A stretch of DNA of 64,000 nt from a virus: positions 19,700 through 83,699 of the IMG/VR virus record IMGVR_UViG_3300037042_003533. The stretch is one strand, 5' to 3'. The stretch's first letter is position 1, and each line of letters starts with the position of its first letter. Positions 27,272 through 38,501 of the stretch are shown here, piece after piece. The position numbers and the translations under genes were made by a program. A model generated the notes under the pieces. It saw nothing but the letters and a program-made list of their open reading frames with translations. It had not been told where the DNA came from and made no database searches.

Positions 27272-28663
27272 ATGGCTGAAGGTTCTGCTTATTGGGAAGG
27301 TGTAACCACAGGGGATGCAGGAACTTCGGCTGTTTGGGATGCTCCTTATACACATTCGGAATGGTCAAGCATTAAAAATTATCTTCTCGCTAATAGTGGA
27401 GAAGGTGGGTTTGTCCTTCCGGGGTACAACAATAACTTAGTAGTATTAGCATCAGCTCCTGGTGCTATGACAGTTGAAGTTGGGTCGGGAGCGATGTTTT
27501 CCCAAGGCAGAATTTACGAAAACACCACTACCCTAGTATTAAATATAGCTGCAAATACTTCGGGTTACAATCGAATAGACCGGATTGTTGTACGAACTAC
27601 ATTTGCTTCTCAAACAATCCGAACGGTAGTAATAGAAGGAACTCCTGCTGTAGTTCCGGCCTTGCCCGCTTTGGTTGATTCAATCACTTACTATGATGTA
27701 CCCTTGGCCTATGTTTGGGTAGATAACGCGGCAGTTGCAATAGCAGACACAGCAATTCATGACGAGCGATTGTTTGCAAGTAATCATCTATCTTTGAATA
27801 GCTACTATGATAAATCAAACCTTCTTAAAAACTCTGAGTTCATGGCATTTAGCCAACTAAATGGGGGGGCTACCACCAATCCACCAGAGTGCTGGGATTT
27901 GGTTGGTACACCATCCGATATTGCTTCTTACTCACGACCTTACCAAATGAGTCGGGGGCGAGCAGTACAAGTAACAGCCGATGGAGCCTCAGAAGGTATA
28001 TCCCAGACAGTTACAGTGAAGCCCTCGACTCCTTACGCGATAAGACTGCTTACCAGAGGAACTTCAGGAGATGTTGGACTTATTTCAGTTACAACTAACT
28101 CAGGGGCCCCAGGCACAATTTCCAGATATACTAGGAGATCAGATTCTTGGGTGGAAGAAACCCTTGTCTACATAACTGAAGCTGATGCTTCAACACTAAC
28201 AGTAAGTTTGCTTGCTCTTAATAGTGGGGATATTATTCGCTACGGTCAGGTAATTCTTGTGGAAGGTTATATCTCAGGGCCGTACAGAAAATGTCACGAG
28301 AAAATAGAATTCACTGAAGCTGTTACAGACTTCTTTTGGACTGTTTCCACTCGCGCAAATTATATATATACCGTGGATTTAACTACAGAATTTCAGGGGA
28401 TAATACTAGAAAACACCAAAGGGATTCTTGTGCAGCTATCTGGCTATGATGCAGTTGCCGCCGACAGCACTATATATGTAGGTCTAGGGCAAGCTACTGT
28501 CTCAACTGCTAACGTAGCAGAAAATATAACATTATACTCTACAGCTTGGGTGGGACTACAGACAAATGATGTTTCTGATTATCACACGTTCTATGTTTTT
28601 AGTTACTCTAACCCTGTATCCTCTTTTCGTATTACTATCAAAATATTAGGGATTGTGATCTAA
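27272..28663 (+). CDS. Tail fibre/baseplate protein, paralog 2
   Basis: Same SAYW/RIDR/HDER/NSEF/RGRA motif order as paralog 1. Confidence 0.75.
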   Translation: MAEGSAYWEGVTTGDAGTSAVWDAPYTHSEWSSIKNYLLANSGEGGFVLPGYNNNLVVLASAPGAMTVEVGSGAMFSQGRIYENTTTLVLNIAANTSGYNRIDRIVVRTTFASQTIRTVVIEGTPAVVPALPALVDSITYYDVPLAYVWVDNAAVAIADTAIHDERLFASNHLSLNSYYDKSNLLKNSEFMAFSQLNGGATTNPPECWDLVGTPSDIASYSRPYQMSRGRAVQVTADGASEGISQTVTVKPSTPYAIRLLTRGTSGDVGLISVTTNSGAPGTISRYTRRSDSWVEETLVYITEADASTLTVSLLALNSGDIIRYGQVILVEGYISGPYRKCHEKIEFTEAVTDFFWTVSTRANYIYTVDLTTEFQGIILENTKGILVQLSGYDAVAADSTIYVGLGQATVSTANVAENITLYSTAWVGLQTNDVSDYHTFYVFSYSNPVSSFRITIKILGIVI

Positions 28664-30024
28664 TGTCTGAAAATTCTGCCTTCTGGGATGGTATTGCTGT
28701 AGGAGATGCTGCTTCAGGAACAGGCTGGAAAGCAAAATACTCTAGTTCTAATATGAGTGATATTCTGTCTAAGGTTTTATCTAATGATAGTATATCGGGA
28801 TATGTTGTTCCTGAGTACGAAGACGAGCTAATGGTGCAGAGTAGCACACCTTATAGCATGAATGTTGTTGTTGGGGTAGGAAAAGCTCTTGTTAGCGGCA
28901 GGATTTATGCCAATACAGCTAATAAAACACTAGCTTTAGCCCCTAACGTTTCAGGTCAGGCTCGTTTAGATAGGGTTGTTTTACAAGTTGCCATAGCTCC
29001 TCAAACTTGCCGTCTTATTATACTAGAAGGAACACCGGGGGCTCCTCCTGTCCTCCCAACATTAACCCAAGATGCTAATATATTTGAGGTTCCCCTAGCC
29101 TATGTTTGGGTTCCTGCGGCGGCTGCTAATGTAGTAGATGCTGATATACACGATGAGAGATACTTCTTACAAACATTCTCAACCCTAAATAAGTATGCGG
29201 GAGCAGACACAGAAATTTGCAACTCTGAGTACATGATCACAGATAGGCTTGCCGCAGCAGGCCCTAAATATTACTACTACCCTACAAATTGGATTGGTGA
29301 TACCAAAACAGAAGCTATTTATAGTGCTGCTCCATCTCAAATGACGAGAGGGAGGGCCATAACTTTAACAGCCATAACAACTTCTACTACAGGTATCTAC
29401 CAAGACTTCCCAATAAAAGCTAGTACCCACTATGCAATCAAAGTTTTAGTCAAAGTAGCCATAGGTTCAGTCGGTTATATTACTGTAACTACAAACTCCT
29501 CTTCCCCAGTTACTATAACCAAGACTATCCGAAGAACAAATCTGTGGATAGAAGAAACAATCTACTATACTTCCGAATATGATTCTTCTAATATGACTAT
29601 AGCATTTTATCTCCCGGCTGTTAATGGACAGGTAATGTATGCTGGGCAAGTTTTAGCTGTAGAAGGGTATCATCCTGGGCCTTTTCGACCGATACACGAA
29701 ACTATCTTGTGTAGTTCAGAAATGGCATTCCATATAGACTTGCCTGGTTCTCATAGCTCCTCAACCGACACAGAAGATTGGAGTACAGTGTTTCCGGGGG
29801 CCAAAAGTCTTTTCCTACGGTCAAGTGCTGATGATACCTTAGACACAACAGGAGCCTTTTACAAACAATATGGTGGAACAGATGTATGGGTTGGTTGTGT
29901 GGGGGGTAGATCGCACAACAACGGCGAGATAGCCTTGATTGACAACAAATATGATGTAGAATATGTTGCTTCAGGGGTAAACACTATTTCAGCCTACTTG
30001 TACATAGACGGGATTCAAACATGA
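28663..30024 (+). CDS. Tail fibre/baseplate protein, paralog 3
   Basis: SAFW/RLDR/HDER/NSEY/RGRA motif order. Confidence 0.75.
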   Translation: MSENSAFWDGIAVGDAASGTGWKAKYSSSNMSDILSKVLSNDSISGYVVPEYEDELMVQSSTPYSMNVVVGVGKALVSGRIYANTANKTLALAPNVSGQARLDRVVLQVAIAPQTCRLIILEGTPGAPPVLPTLTQDANIFEVPLAYVWVPAAAANVVDADIHDERYFLQTFSTLNKYAGADTEICNSEYMITDRLAAAGPKYYYYPTNWIGDTKTEAIYSAAPSQMTRGRAITLTAITTSTTGIYQDFPIKASTHYAIKVLVKVAIGSVGYITVTTNSSSPVTITKTIRRTNLWIEETIYYTSEYDSSNMTIAFYLPAVNGQVMYAGQVLAVEGYHPGPFRPIHETILCSSEMAFHIDLPGSHSSSTDTEDWSTVFPGAKSLFLRSSADDTLDTTGAFYKQYGGTDVWVGCVGGRSHNNGEIALIDNKYDVEYVASGVNTISAYLYIDGIQT

Positions 30025-31157
30025 GTGCTCTCTACGAGATTACTTTCTATGATGAAAACCTGGTTCCTCAAGGTATTCTGCAAGGCTGGGAATATTTGGA
30101 ACTTACCCAACGAGTTAACTCTCCTTGGAATATAAATATACGCTTAAAAACTAGCAACAGTAGTACCATGACCAGTTTTTTACGTAACACCGACGGCATG
30201 GTGGACTGGATATTCCTTGTTCGAAGAATAGACCCAGTTGCAAATATTAGTCATCTTGTTTATGAGGGGTTCAATCGTACTGTAGTAGATCAGTTTGATA
30301 GCCATGGTAACATTATCTTCAATTTATATGGGGTGGGATTCACAGAATTACTGCAAAGACGGATAGTTGTTCCTCCCACAGGATCAGAGACACTGGTGTA
30401 TTCTGGGTATGCGGAAACTGCTATGAAAGATTTTGTAAACTCACAGTGTATTAACCCGGCTGATCTTGCTAGAAGGGTGCCGGGGCTTACAAATGAAGTT
30501 AATAGCTCAACAGGGAATCCTGTGACTTACTCTGCCCGTTATACAGTTTTAGGAACTGTAATAAACAAATGTGCAGTAGACGGCGAGGTAGATTATGGGA
30601 TTGTCGGGGGTGATCCTGCTGTTGGAGGAACAGTAGGTGACCTTGAGTTTCAGGTTAGACCCACATGGGGGACAGATAAGCGAGTCGGAAACACCTTTGG
30701 CAACATCCCCACCATATTTGATGCTAGTTATAACAACATGGCTATCCCCATATACTCTGTAAACTCATCGGGGGAGAAAAACTACGTATATGTAGGGGGG
30801 CAGGGCCAAGGTGTTGATAGAATTATCAGACAAAATAGCAATGTAGATGGATTAGCAAAATCCCCTTGGAACAGACGAGAGGACTTTGCTGACGCTAGAC
30901 TCGAAAATACAACTTCTGCCCTCGATCTGTATGCTTCTGATTTGCTGAATACTTACAAAATAAAACGATCCCTGACATTTAATGTCATTCAAACTATAGG
31001 CACTCGTTGGGGGGTTAATTGGAACTTGGGAGATATTATCACCTCCCGATATTATGAAGTTCAGACAGACCAAAAAATTGTGGAAATAACTGCTAGAATA
31101 AGTCCTAACCAGAACACCGAAACAATTTCTGCCGAGTTCGAGCAACTAGAGGTATAA
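30021..31157 (+). CDS. Siphovirus Gp37-like (ReqiPepy6-type) tail/baseplate hub protein
   Basis: L.RRIV, NYVYVGGQGQGVDR, RREDFADAR, WNLGDIIT motifs. Confidence 0.8.
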   Translation: MSALYEITFYDENLVPQGILQGWEYLELTQRVNSPWNINIRLKTSNSSTMTSFLRNTDGMVDWIFLVRRIDPVANISHLVYEGFNRTVVDQFDSHGNIIFNLYGVGFTELLQRRIVVPPTGSETLVYSGYAETAMKDFVNSQCINPADLARRVPGLTNEVNSSTGNPVTYSARYTVLGTVINKCAVDGEVDYGIVGGDPAVGGTVGDLEFQVRPTWGTDKRVGNTFGNIPTIFDASYNNMAIPIYSVNSSGEKNYVYVGGQGQGVDRIIRQNSNVDGLAKSPWNRREDFADARLENTTSALDLYASDLLNTYKIKRSLTFNVIQTIGTRWGVNWNLGDIITSRYYEVQTDQKIVEITARISPNQNTETISAEFEQLEV

Positions 31158-31158
31158 T

Positions 31159-31668
31159 ATGTCTCAGGAAAGAGAAGTTAAAGGGATACTTCAATCCCTA
31201 AACAAAACCCCGGCTGAGCTTGAAAAACGTCTTGCCTACTTAGAGAAGGCTGAGTATTCAAAACTTAACTACTATGCAGCTATTTACTTAGCAGTAGGAC
31301 AAATATTAGATACCACTGCTGGACTAACTATAATTCCAAGTATGACCTCCACTTATCTGAAGGGGTTTACACTAGCTTCTTCGGCTCTAACCTGCACAGA
31401 AGCTGGGGTGTATGTGCTAAATTACAGCATAAGTGTTTCTACAGCAGTCAGCACTACTTTGGCTAGTCTTGTGTACAAAACTGGAGTTTTTGCCCCTGGA
31501 AGCTATATGCAGCTTAATGCTGCTGCGTCGGCCATTAGTGTTTTATCAGCTCCCTTAATTGTATCTTTGGAAGTTGGTGACACAATCAGCTTAATGATGG
31601 ATTCTACCCCTAACAATATTGTAGTGGGGCAAGCTTCCTTGGTTCTAAACCGTGTTGGTGATAACTAG
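31159..31668 (+). CDS. Minor tail protein with C1q/BclA-like C-terminal domain
   Basis: LEKRLAYLE coil; AGVYVLNYS...LEVGDTISL. Confidence 0.6.
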   Translation: MSQEREVKGILQSLNKTPAELEKRLAYLEKAEYSKLNYYAAIYLAVGQILDTTAGLTIIPSMTSTYLKGFTLASSALTCTEAGVYVLNYSISVSTAVSTTLASLVYKTGVFAPGSYMQLNAAASAISVLSAPLIVSLEVGDTISLMMDSTPNNIVVGQASLVLNRVGDN

Positions 31669-31703
31669 CTTATAATACAGGAAAAGAATAATTTTCAAAT
31701 AAT

Positions 31704-31737
31704 AAGAGGAGGGCTGAACTAACAGCGCCTCCTCTTT
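31704..31737. terminator. Bidirectional terminator between convergent modules
   Basis: AAGAGGAGG...CCTCCTCTT stem at the strand switch. Confidence 0.65.
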
Positions 31738-31890
31738 ACCATATAAACACCAGTCTGTGCCAGTAGATGGCTCTACTACTGTGAGATCATCCTGCAAGGC
31801 ATTGTAGATGATCAATGCGTGCTGAGGCTCTTCCAAGACATCAATTTTCGAGCATGAGGGAAAGTCCCAAAAAGATTCTTTCATGACCAA

Positions 31891-31919
31891 AGTATACTAA
31901 ACTTTACCTGGTTTGTCAA
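31891..31919 (-). promoter_or_regulatory. sigma70 promoter (TTGACA-17-TATACT) before a possible leaderless ORF at 31884
   Basis: Near-consensus boxes; ATG 7 nt after the -10 box. Confidence 0.6.
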
Positions 31920-32373
31920 GATTGCCCCAGTCCAGTGTTTTTGCTACACCAAACCCCCATATACCAACAGCTATCGCGTCACATTCATCCTCTGACAGCT
32001 TCTCATCAGGCAGAATCATAGTTGCTAAGTTTCTGATGTGTAGTTTACGACCTTTGTGGGTGATCCCACAAGCAGAATCTATGGCAGTTGTCATCCCAGC
32101 AAATGTCCTGGGGCCTATTACTGAGCACCAACCTTCAACCCAGCCAACAAGCCACTTTGTTTGGCCGAAGTTTCGAATGTTTTTGCCATAGTAGCAATCT
32201 TCAATAGCAACCCAATCGGGAGCAATCTCCCGAAGCCATTCCGTGGTCTTGTGAGCCATCTCTAAGGGGGTTTTTGCTGTGTACACACAATGATACACAG
32301 GCTCTTCATCATGCCAGACCACTAGCCCCGTATGAGTTGGGGCTAGGTCTAGGCTTACTCCGATTGTGGTCAT
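31897..32373 (-). CDS. RuvC-like Holliday junction resolvase
   Basis: LDLAPTHTG, VAIED, DECDAIAVG catalytic motifs. Confidence 0.85.
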   Translation of the reverse strand: MTTIGVSLDLAPTHTGLVVWHDEEPVYHCVYTAKTPLEMAHKTTEWLREIAPDWVAIEDCYYGKNIRNFGQTKWLVGWVEGWCSVIGPRTFAGMTTAIDSACGITHKGRKLHIRNLATMILPDEKLSEDECDAIAVGIWGFGVAKTLDWGNLDKPGKV

Positions 32374-34653
32374 CTGCTCTCCCACTGACCCGGTAGCGGT
32401 ATAGCCTCACTAACGGGGGGATAGATAAGACCATCTTTTGTCTCAATTTTTATAAGGCTACAATCTTTTGACAAAGTTCTCTCTTTGATAAATGTTATTG
32501 GGTCAGTAATGTTTGTTCTCACCTCTTTAACTAAGTACCCAAGTACACAATATGGATCACCATATTCCTCTTCGAACGCTAATAGACAACAATCATCGCA
32601 AGCTTTATAAGTGATCATTTTACTTTCCTTGTACTGTCTACCATCCCATACACCATAGGGTACACAGCAAACAATGTTGTAAACACAGCACAACTAAAAC
32701 TTTCCTCCACTGTTATTGGGAGAGAAAATATTCTAACAACAAGAAATATAATTGTTGTAATGACAGCAACTATTCCTAAGTTAAGAACCAGCATTCCGAG
32801 GGCTGTTTTGTAGCTCATGTTTTAATAACTCCCACAGTTTTATACTTCCCAAAGTGATCTGGGTCAGAAATCTCAATCTTTGTTGAATCTTCTTCTTGTT
32901 TTTCTGTTACTTCTTGATCGGTCATCCTATTATGAAATTTCTTTATCTGCTTCGCTGTTTTTATCCCCAAGTCCTCTACCAACTCCCAGAAATTACCACA
33001 CAGCTCTTCATGTACACATATAAGATCAGCAGTGCCCTTGAATTTTACTACTAAATTTCTGCCTGTGCTAGTATCTTGAGATAAACGAGCCCATACTATT
33101 TCATCTTTGTTGATTATAACTTCAGTAAGATTATCAACCATTTCTCTCCCTTTTCCTAATGTCCTATAACACTTATTCTAGTAGCGAGCGTTAGGGTTAA
33201 AAACTTCTAAACAATCTTCCTTAGAAATTTCCAGCCCCTCTAAAAAATCTTTTAGAGAAAAGGATTCTTGACCAAGCATAAACCCGCTATCATGTGTGCC
33301 TTCTACCAAGATTCTCTTAGTCTGTTGATCATAATCTATTAGGATATGATCTTGGTATTTAGTTCCTTTTGGTATATAAAGTCTAGACATCTCTCCCTAC
33401 TTTCTCAAGAGCTTTTCTGGCAATTTCTCTCATGTAGTCACGTTCCCCATTGGACCCATACAGAGTACCATAACTAATAGGATCACCGCTGGGCCAAGTT
33501 TCCCCTGTCTCAGGAAACTCTCCAAACCACTTTGTAATACATCGAAGAGCTTCTACCAAGATAGTTTCGTTGGTCATTTCAAATCCTTTCTAAGACTGAG
33601 CGTTAGAGTTATTTGTTTCAAAATAACTCGCTATAAAATCAGGGTAGGATTCTAACCATCTTCCGTAACAACCATTACCTGAGCAAAAATTGTAGTAATG
33701 ATCCGCCCCGTCTTGGTCAGTATACAAAACACCACACCAACCAATAGGCAAAAGTATGTTTTGAGTCTTACACCCAGATTCAGTTATGAAATACCGGGCA
33801 GGCTCAACCAGTCTACAACCATCACAAATTATTTTAACTGACATCTCTCCCTGCTTTCTAATAGTCAAATTTGTTCGGGCTGAAAACCCACAAAAGATAC
33901 AAGGCACCTAAACCTATAGTTAGTCCATGAACAAATCTTTCCCAAGTTAATTTTCTGTCTCGAATAACCTCCATAATAATCCAACCCACCATAAAAGCTG
34001 TAAGCTAAGTTAGCGCCTTCATTTCAAATCCTCTCCATCCTCAACTTCAATCTCGTTCTCTTCATCGGGGGGTCGCAGTAACCACAAGTCCAGACAATCC
34101 CCCAATTCACGATCATGGAAGTGTCCTCTGTCTGAAAAATACATATTCCCGTCTGAGGGATTAACAATTTCTTCCAGACAATAATCACAGAATATTTTAA
34201 TCATTTCAAATCCTTTCTAATGATGCCATCCATTATGTAACTTAGCCTCAATCCATATTTCCAGCCGTCTGAGCCAGGACTTTGGTTGAATTAAAAATCC
34301 CTGAGCTACTTCATAAGTACTCCCATCTACACTAACAATCACATGATAGCGTGTGCCAGCCTCTAGGGTTTCAACCACTTTACCGGAGGGGTAGCCGTTT
34401 TTATCTGTTTCAACATGACCGTGTAGTTTATCCAACATCAAAACCCACCTTTCTTCTCTTTATCATACTCCACTACGATCTGCCAAAACCTATCAATTAT
34501 TTTCTCTAGCTCTTTGGCATCCTTAGAACTCATGCAGGGAGCAACCCGCTGGTCATGCAGGTTCAGCAGCGCCCGCAGGTAAGGAATGGTAGCCCGCATC
34601 AGTTCGATGCTGTCTTCGCTCATTCTCCCCACCCTAAATATAGCGTGCCCCAA
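32370..34653 (-). CDS. Array of small hypothetical genes (32370-32618, 32615-32818, 32815-33141, 33178-33390, 33383-33577, 33590-33844, 34019-34204, 34217-34441, 34438-34653)
   Basis: Coupled short ORFs with repeated leaders AGAAAG(T/C)AGGGAGAG-ATG and TTAGAAAGGATTTGAA-ATG. Confidence 0.6.
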
Positions 34654-35210
34654 ACATTATCCCCTGTCAAGTAAGCTGCTACCTCTTTGCATTCAGTGCT
34701 GACGTACAGTGCTGGAGGGGGGTCAAGACAAACCCAAACATCTTTCTGGGGATAGACATATAACAAGCTGTAAACCTTAACCAACTCCCCTTCCTTAATC
34801 TGCCTTATTACAGGACAAACATTCCCAACTGCCGCACACTTACGCACGTTACGTAAGCTGTTCGGAACATAGATACCCTCGTAGTCCTGAGCAAGAAGCC
34901 CGCTGGTTTGTTCTGTTGGGTATCCACCTAAAGGTGTTGCCTCTATAATGGACAAGGTAGTTATCTGGGTCGGCGTAGGCCCTGGGAAAGGTATCTCTGT
35001 GGGAGTCACTGTGGTAGTAGGCATATCAGTTGCTGTCGGTACCACCACAGGCTCAGGAGAAGGTGTGGTAGTAAGTATGGGGGCCTGAGTAGGCTCCTGG
35101 GTCTGGGTAGCAGACGGAGTCTGGGTAGCAACTGGCTCTACAGGGATATAGTTTAGGTTACAAGCCCCCAACACGATTATTATAATCAGGATTAGTATTT
35201 TATTCTTCAA
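34620..35210 (-). CDS. Lipoprotein with Pro/Thr linker and SH3-like domain
   Basis: TTG start after GAAGGTGA; MKNKILILIIIIVLGAC lipobox; TP-rich linker; RNVR..A. Confidence 0.7.
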   Translation of the reverse strand: MKNKILILIIIIVLGACNLNYIPVEPVATQTPSATQTQEPTQAPILTTTPSPEPVVVPTATDMPTTTVTPTEIPFPGPTPTQITTLSIIEATPLGGYPTEQTSGLLAQDYEGIYVPNSLRNVRKCAAVGNVCPVIRQIKEGELVKVYSLLYVYPQKDVWVCLDPPPALYVSTECKEVAAYLTGDNVWGTLYLGWGE

Positions 35211-37489
35211 AATCACCTTCCTCGGCCCACAAAGGTTTGGTTGTGTCAACTTCACTCTCATCCAGTACCTTGTGATTCCGCGCATCCTGTGCGATATGTT
35301 CAATGTCCACCAGCAATTCCTCCAAGTCTGAGGAGGATAGTACAACTGGACTAAGGGTAAAGGCCACAGGCACACCTTTGTTGTAATAGACCTCGCGAAC
35401 GCTATAAGTAATTTTGTTGTCAACGTTCTGACGTAAGACTCTGTAATTCCACACTGTTTGGGTCCTCCAAATATTTAAGATACTCTTCATCGGCAAACTG
35501 TTTCAATGCTTCTCTCACATCTTTAAGTGTAGCACATAAAGCACAATTTGTGCCAACCAATTCCCTCTTCTCACCTCGATAGGACACAAGCACCTCAGCA
35601 CATCTTATGAAAGGCTGGGCTTCAATATACCAGGCAACTATTCTACCCTTCTTGGAGCTGTGAAAGACCTTGCAGCCATCATCCAGGTAAAATAGTGTCA
35701 GATAGTAGTCTAGTTGCATGAGTCAAAGTATCCCATCAGTTCTGTTTCTGTAAATTGATCCAGCGATTGAACTAAGTCATATTTGCTGTGGCAAAAACTA
35801 GAGTTAGTTCCTAATTCCCGGTCATTCTTATTGTAAACTACCTCTAGGTTGACCCACATGAAATTTTCCCCGCATAAACTTAGGACTCTTCTGCGTTTTC
35901 GGGTGTAGAAGGTCATAACGGGCATGGTGGCATCTTTTTGTAAATCTACCCGAAAGATCGCCTTGATATTGTTTAGTATCATTCTTCCCCCATCTCTAAC
36001 ACATGAAAAACACAAGCATCACAATCACAGCCTATTTCCAGCCGTGCCTCATCCTGTGCCTCATCCCAAGTGACCCAAGACCCATTAAGCTTAAAGACCT
36101 TAACAACGTCTGGGCAACATCGGTCTGCTTCTGATCTAGTGGTATAAATATCTCCACAGACATTACACATATATCTACATGCAGGTGTCATCTTGTTCTC
36201 CTATGCTACTTGAATTACATCCCCCTGGTACCAAGGAGTGTGAATATAAGTAACAGAAACTTTATCAATCCCATTAGGGTAGTGTGGTAGTTCATCATCT
36301 GGATAGACTACTTCTAAGTTTCCGTGAATTACTTCTAGTTCTTGCAGATGTATGATCAGTTCTGATACGTTCATTTATTTTCCCCTCCCCTTAACCCATT
36401 CTATAAGTTCCTTGTCTAAGTCGTCACCCCAATCTATTGCATCTTGCAATAGATCATTAAAATCTTGTGGAAATACTTTCCCATATAAGATGGTGTGACC
36501 AATGAAGGGAGTATTCTCGAAACATCCCCAATGATCTGTTAATTCAATTGACACACTAAAACCGCCTTCAGACTTTATTATAAAGTCCCATTGTCTGTTT
36601 ATTCTCTGAATCTTTCTATCAAAGTTCATTTATCTCTCCTCTTCCATGTCCGCTCTAATTGTCCACACTAACTCACATACAAGTTTCCCGGTTTCTTCTG
36701 CATCCCAAAAATCAAATTTAGGCGTGCAAGGCAAATCCTGAAGTGAGGGGGTTTTGGAAACTTCAGTCAATAATGCTCTCTTAATATCTTCTTGATTAAA
36801 AGTTACAGTAACTTTCTTGAGTCCAACGAACTCTTTTTCTATCTCCATTTAATCCTCTAGCTTTCTATAAGGCAAATTCTAATACCTAGCCTTCGGTCTT
36901 GGGCATTATTCCATAGGCTAGATAACCAAAACGATTATCATCACTCATATCTGATTTCCGTAGCACTGCCCCCCCATTGATGTCTACACACTTTATAGTG
37001 TCAGCCAAAAACGGGAAAAGCCACAAGGGGATCAGAAATATTGGATCATCTGACCATAACCCAAAACCGAGTATCTGCATTTCATCTTTAGTTAACTCTG
37101 CTGGGTTGATGTCCCTGTACCAATCAGACCCCTTTATGCGTGCTGGAAGGTCTCGAATTTGTGAAACAGAAAAAGACTCAGACCATGAAGAGTAATTCAT
37201 AACTTCCGCTGTGGTCGATAGAATAACCAACTTAATGTGCTTGGCAATCTCAAATGTACTTTCCATCACTTTATCTCCTTATGAATTTAATCTTACCTTC
37301 GGCAATAGCTTTTAGCAGACCTATATACAAAATTTGTGTTGCTACAGCGCTTATGGTAGCAGCTAATTCAGAAGACTCTGCTTTGGAAGCAATCTTAATT
37401 ATGTTGTTCATCTCAAGATTAAGAAAGGCTGTTAAAAATTCTGACCTATCTGTTGGGCCGTGTAGAATAAGATCTTCTAAGTCACTCAT
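35200..37489 (-). CDS. Array of small hypothetical genes (35200-35454, 35420-35719, 35710-35982, 35979-36191, 36201-36374, 36375-36629, 36630-36848, 36886-37269, 37271-37489)
   Basis: Tightly coupled ORFs with RBSs; 35420-35719 and 35710-35982 are tandem paralogs (REL(V)GTN..(L/F)C). Confidence 0.6.
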
Positions 37490-38432
37490 TATCTTCTCCA
37501 AAATCATCCCACATCTCAGCCATCTCACCCAAATCCCCCCTCTTGCCGATGTATTTCTCGGTGACGACAGAGGAACTGTGACCCAAATCATCTCTCACCG
37601 TCTCAATGCTCGCTCCCCCTAACCTGCTGACCAGAGCATGACTACGCCGCAGGTCGTGAGGAGCAACACCAAATCCACACAGGGTTGAGTATTCTGTTAC
37701 AATACGGTAAATGGTCTGAGTCGTAATCTTGCCTCTCTTATTCCCATGGCGGTCATAAGACTGAATAATCCGTGCATCCTTGTCCCATGGCTCTATACAG
37801 TATTCCACCAACATTTTATACACCCAAGCAGGCAGATTGACTGTTCTGATCCGCCCGTGTTTGCCTCGGATGTCAGCAATAACGAACAACTCTCCATCTC
37901 TGCGTATCTGGCCCCAAGTCAGGTTGCAAACTTCCGACCGTCGCAAGCCACAGCCCACCAGCAACCCTAGCACTGCTCGATCCCGCAGGCCAAGCGCTGT
38001 AGTAGGGTCTGGAGCAAAACACAGGATTTCTAGTTGACTTTTAGATAGCCGCGTCCCATAAACATCCCCATGCTGGGGGATATTGCGGATGTTTTTGATG
38101 GCTATGCTGACTTCATGGTTGAAGGGCCAGCCGGTCTTGCCAATACCTAACGTAGCAGCAACTTCGAACAGCCGCCGAATGGAGGACAGTTTCTTGTTGA
38201 CAGTTGCCGGTTTGAGCTTCATATCCTCAGAGAGATACTTCCGATAGCCGGTAACAGCCGCGATGGGGTTATTAGTTCCTGATCGTAGCCACCACTGAAG
38301 AAACTCATCCACTGAAGGGCCATAGGAAAGACCAGTCAAGGCACTCACACTGTTAAGTAGAGTTTCCTTGACTGGCTCCCAGAAGGTTAAAAAGTTCTGT
38401 TCTTGTTCTGATTCGTAAACGGTGATGCTCAT
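37482..38432 (-). CDS. Tyrosine recombinase (XerC/integrase family)
   Basis: ATVNKKLSSIR SAM-like domain; RDRA..GLRRSE, GK, HDLRR, LGHSS, Y catalytic residues. Confidence 0.93.
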   Translation of the reverse strand: MSITVYESEQEQNFLTFWEPVKETLLNSVSALTGLSYGPSVDEFLQWWLRSGTNNPIAAVTGYRKYLSEDMKLKPATVNKKLSSIRRLFEVAATLGIGKTGWPFNHEVSIAIKNIRNIPQHGDVYGTRLSKSQLEILCFAPDPTTALGLRDRAVLGLLVGCGLRRSEVCNLTWGQIRRDGELFVIADIRGKHGRIRTVNLPAWVYKMLVEYCIEPWDKDARIIQSYDRHGNKRGKITTQTIYRIVTEYSTLCGFGVAPHDLRRSHALVSRLGGASIETVRDDLGHSSSVVTEKYIGKRGDLGEMAEMWDDFGEDNE

Positions 38433-38472
38433 GATAAATTCCTTGTATGTTATAGATTTATTATCTATTTAC

Positions 38473-38501
38473 AGTATAACATACAAGGGCCAGCTTGTCA
38501 A
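38473..38501 (-). promoter_or_regulatory. sigma70 promoter of the recombinase, overlapped by a 14-bp inverted repeat
   Basis: TTGACA-17-TATACT; IR at 38441-38454 / 38475-38488. Confidence 0.75.

Noticed and set aside
37482-38432. Integron integrase with attC cassettes
   Set aside because: The recombinase lacks the IntI-specific insertion; the repeats lack RYYYAAC/GTTRRRY boundaries and extrahelical bases, and lie 15-25 kb away
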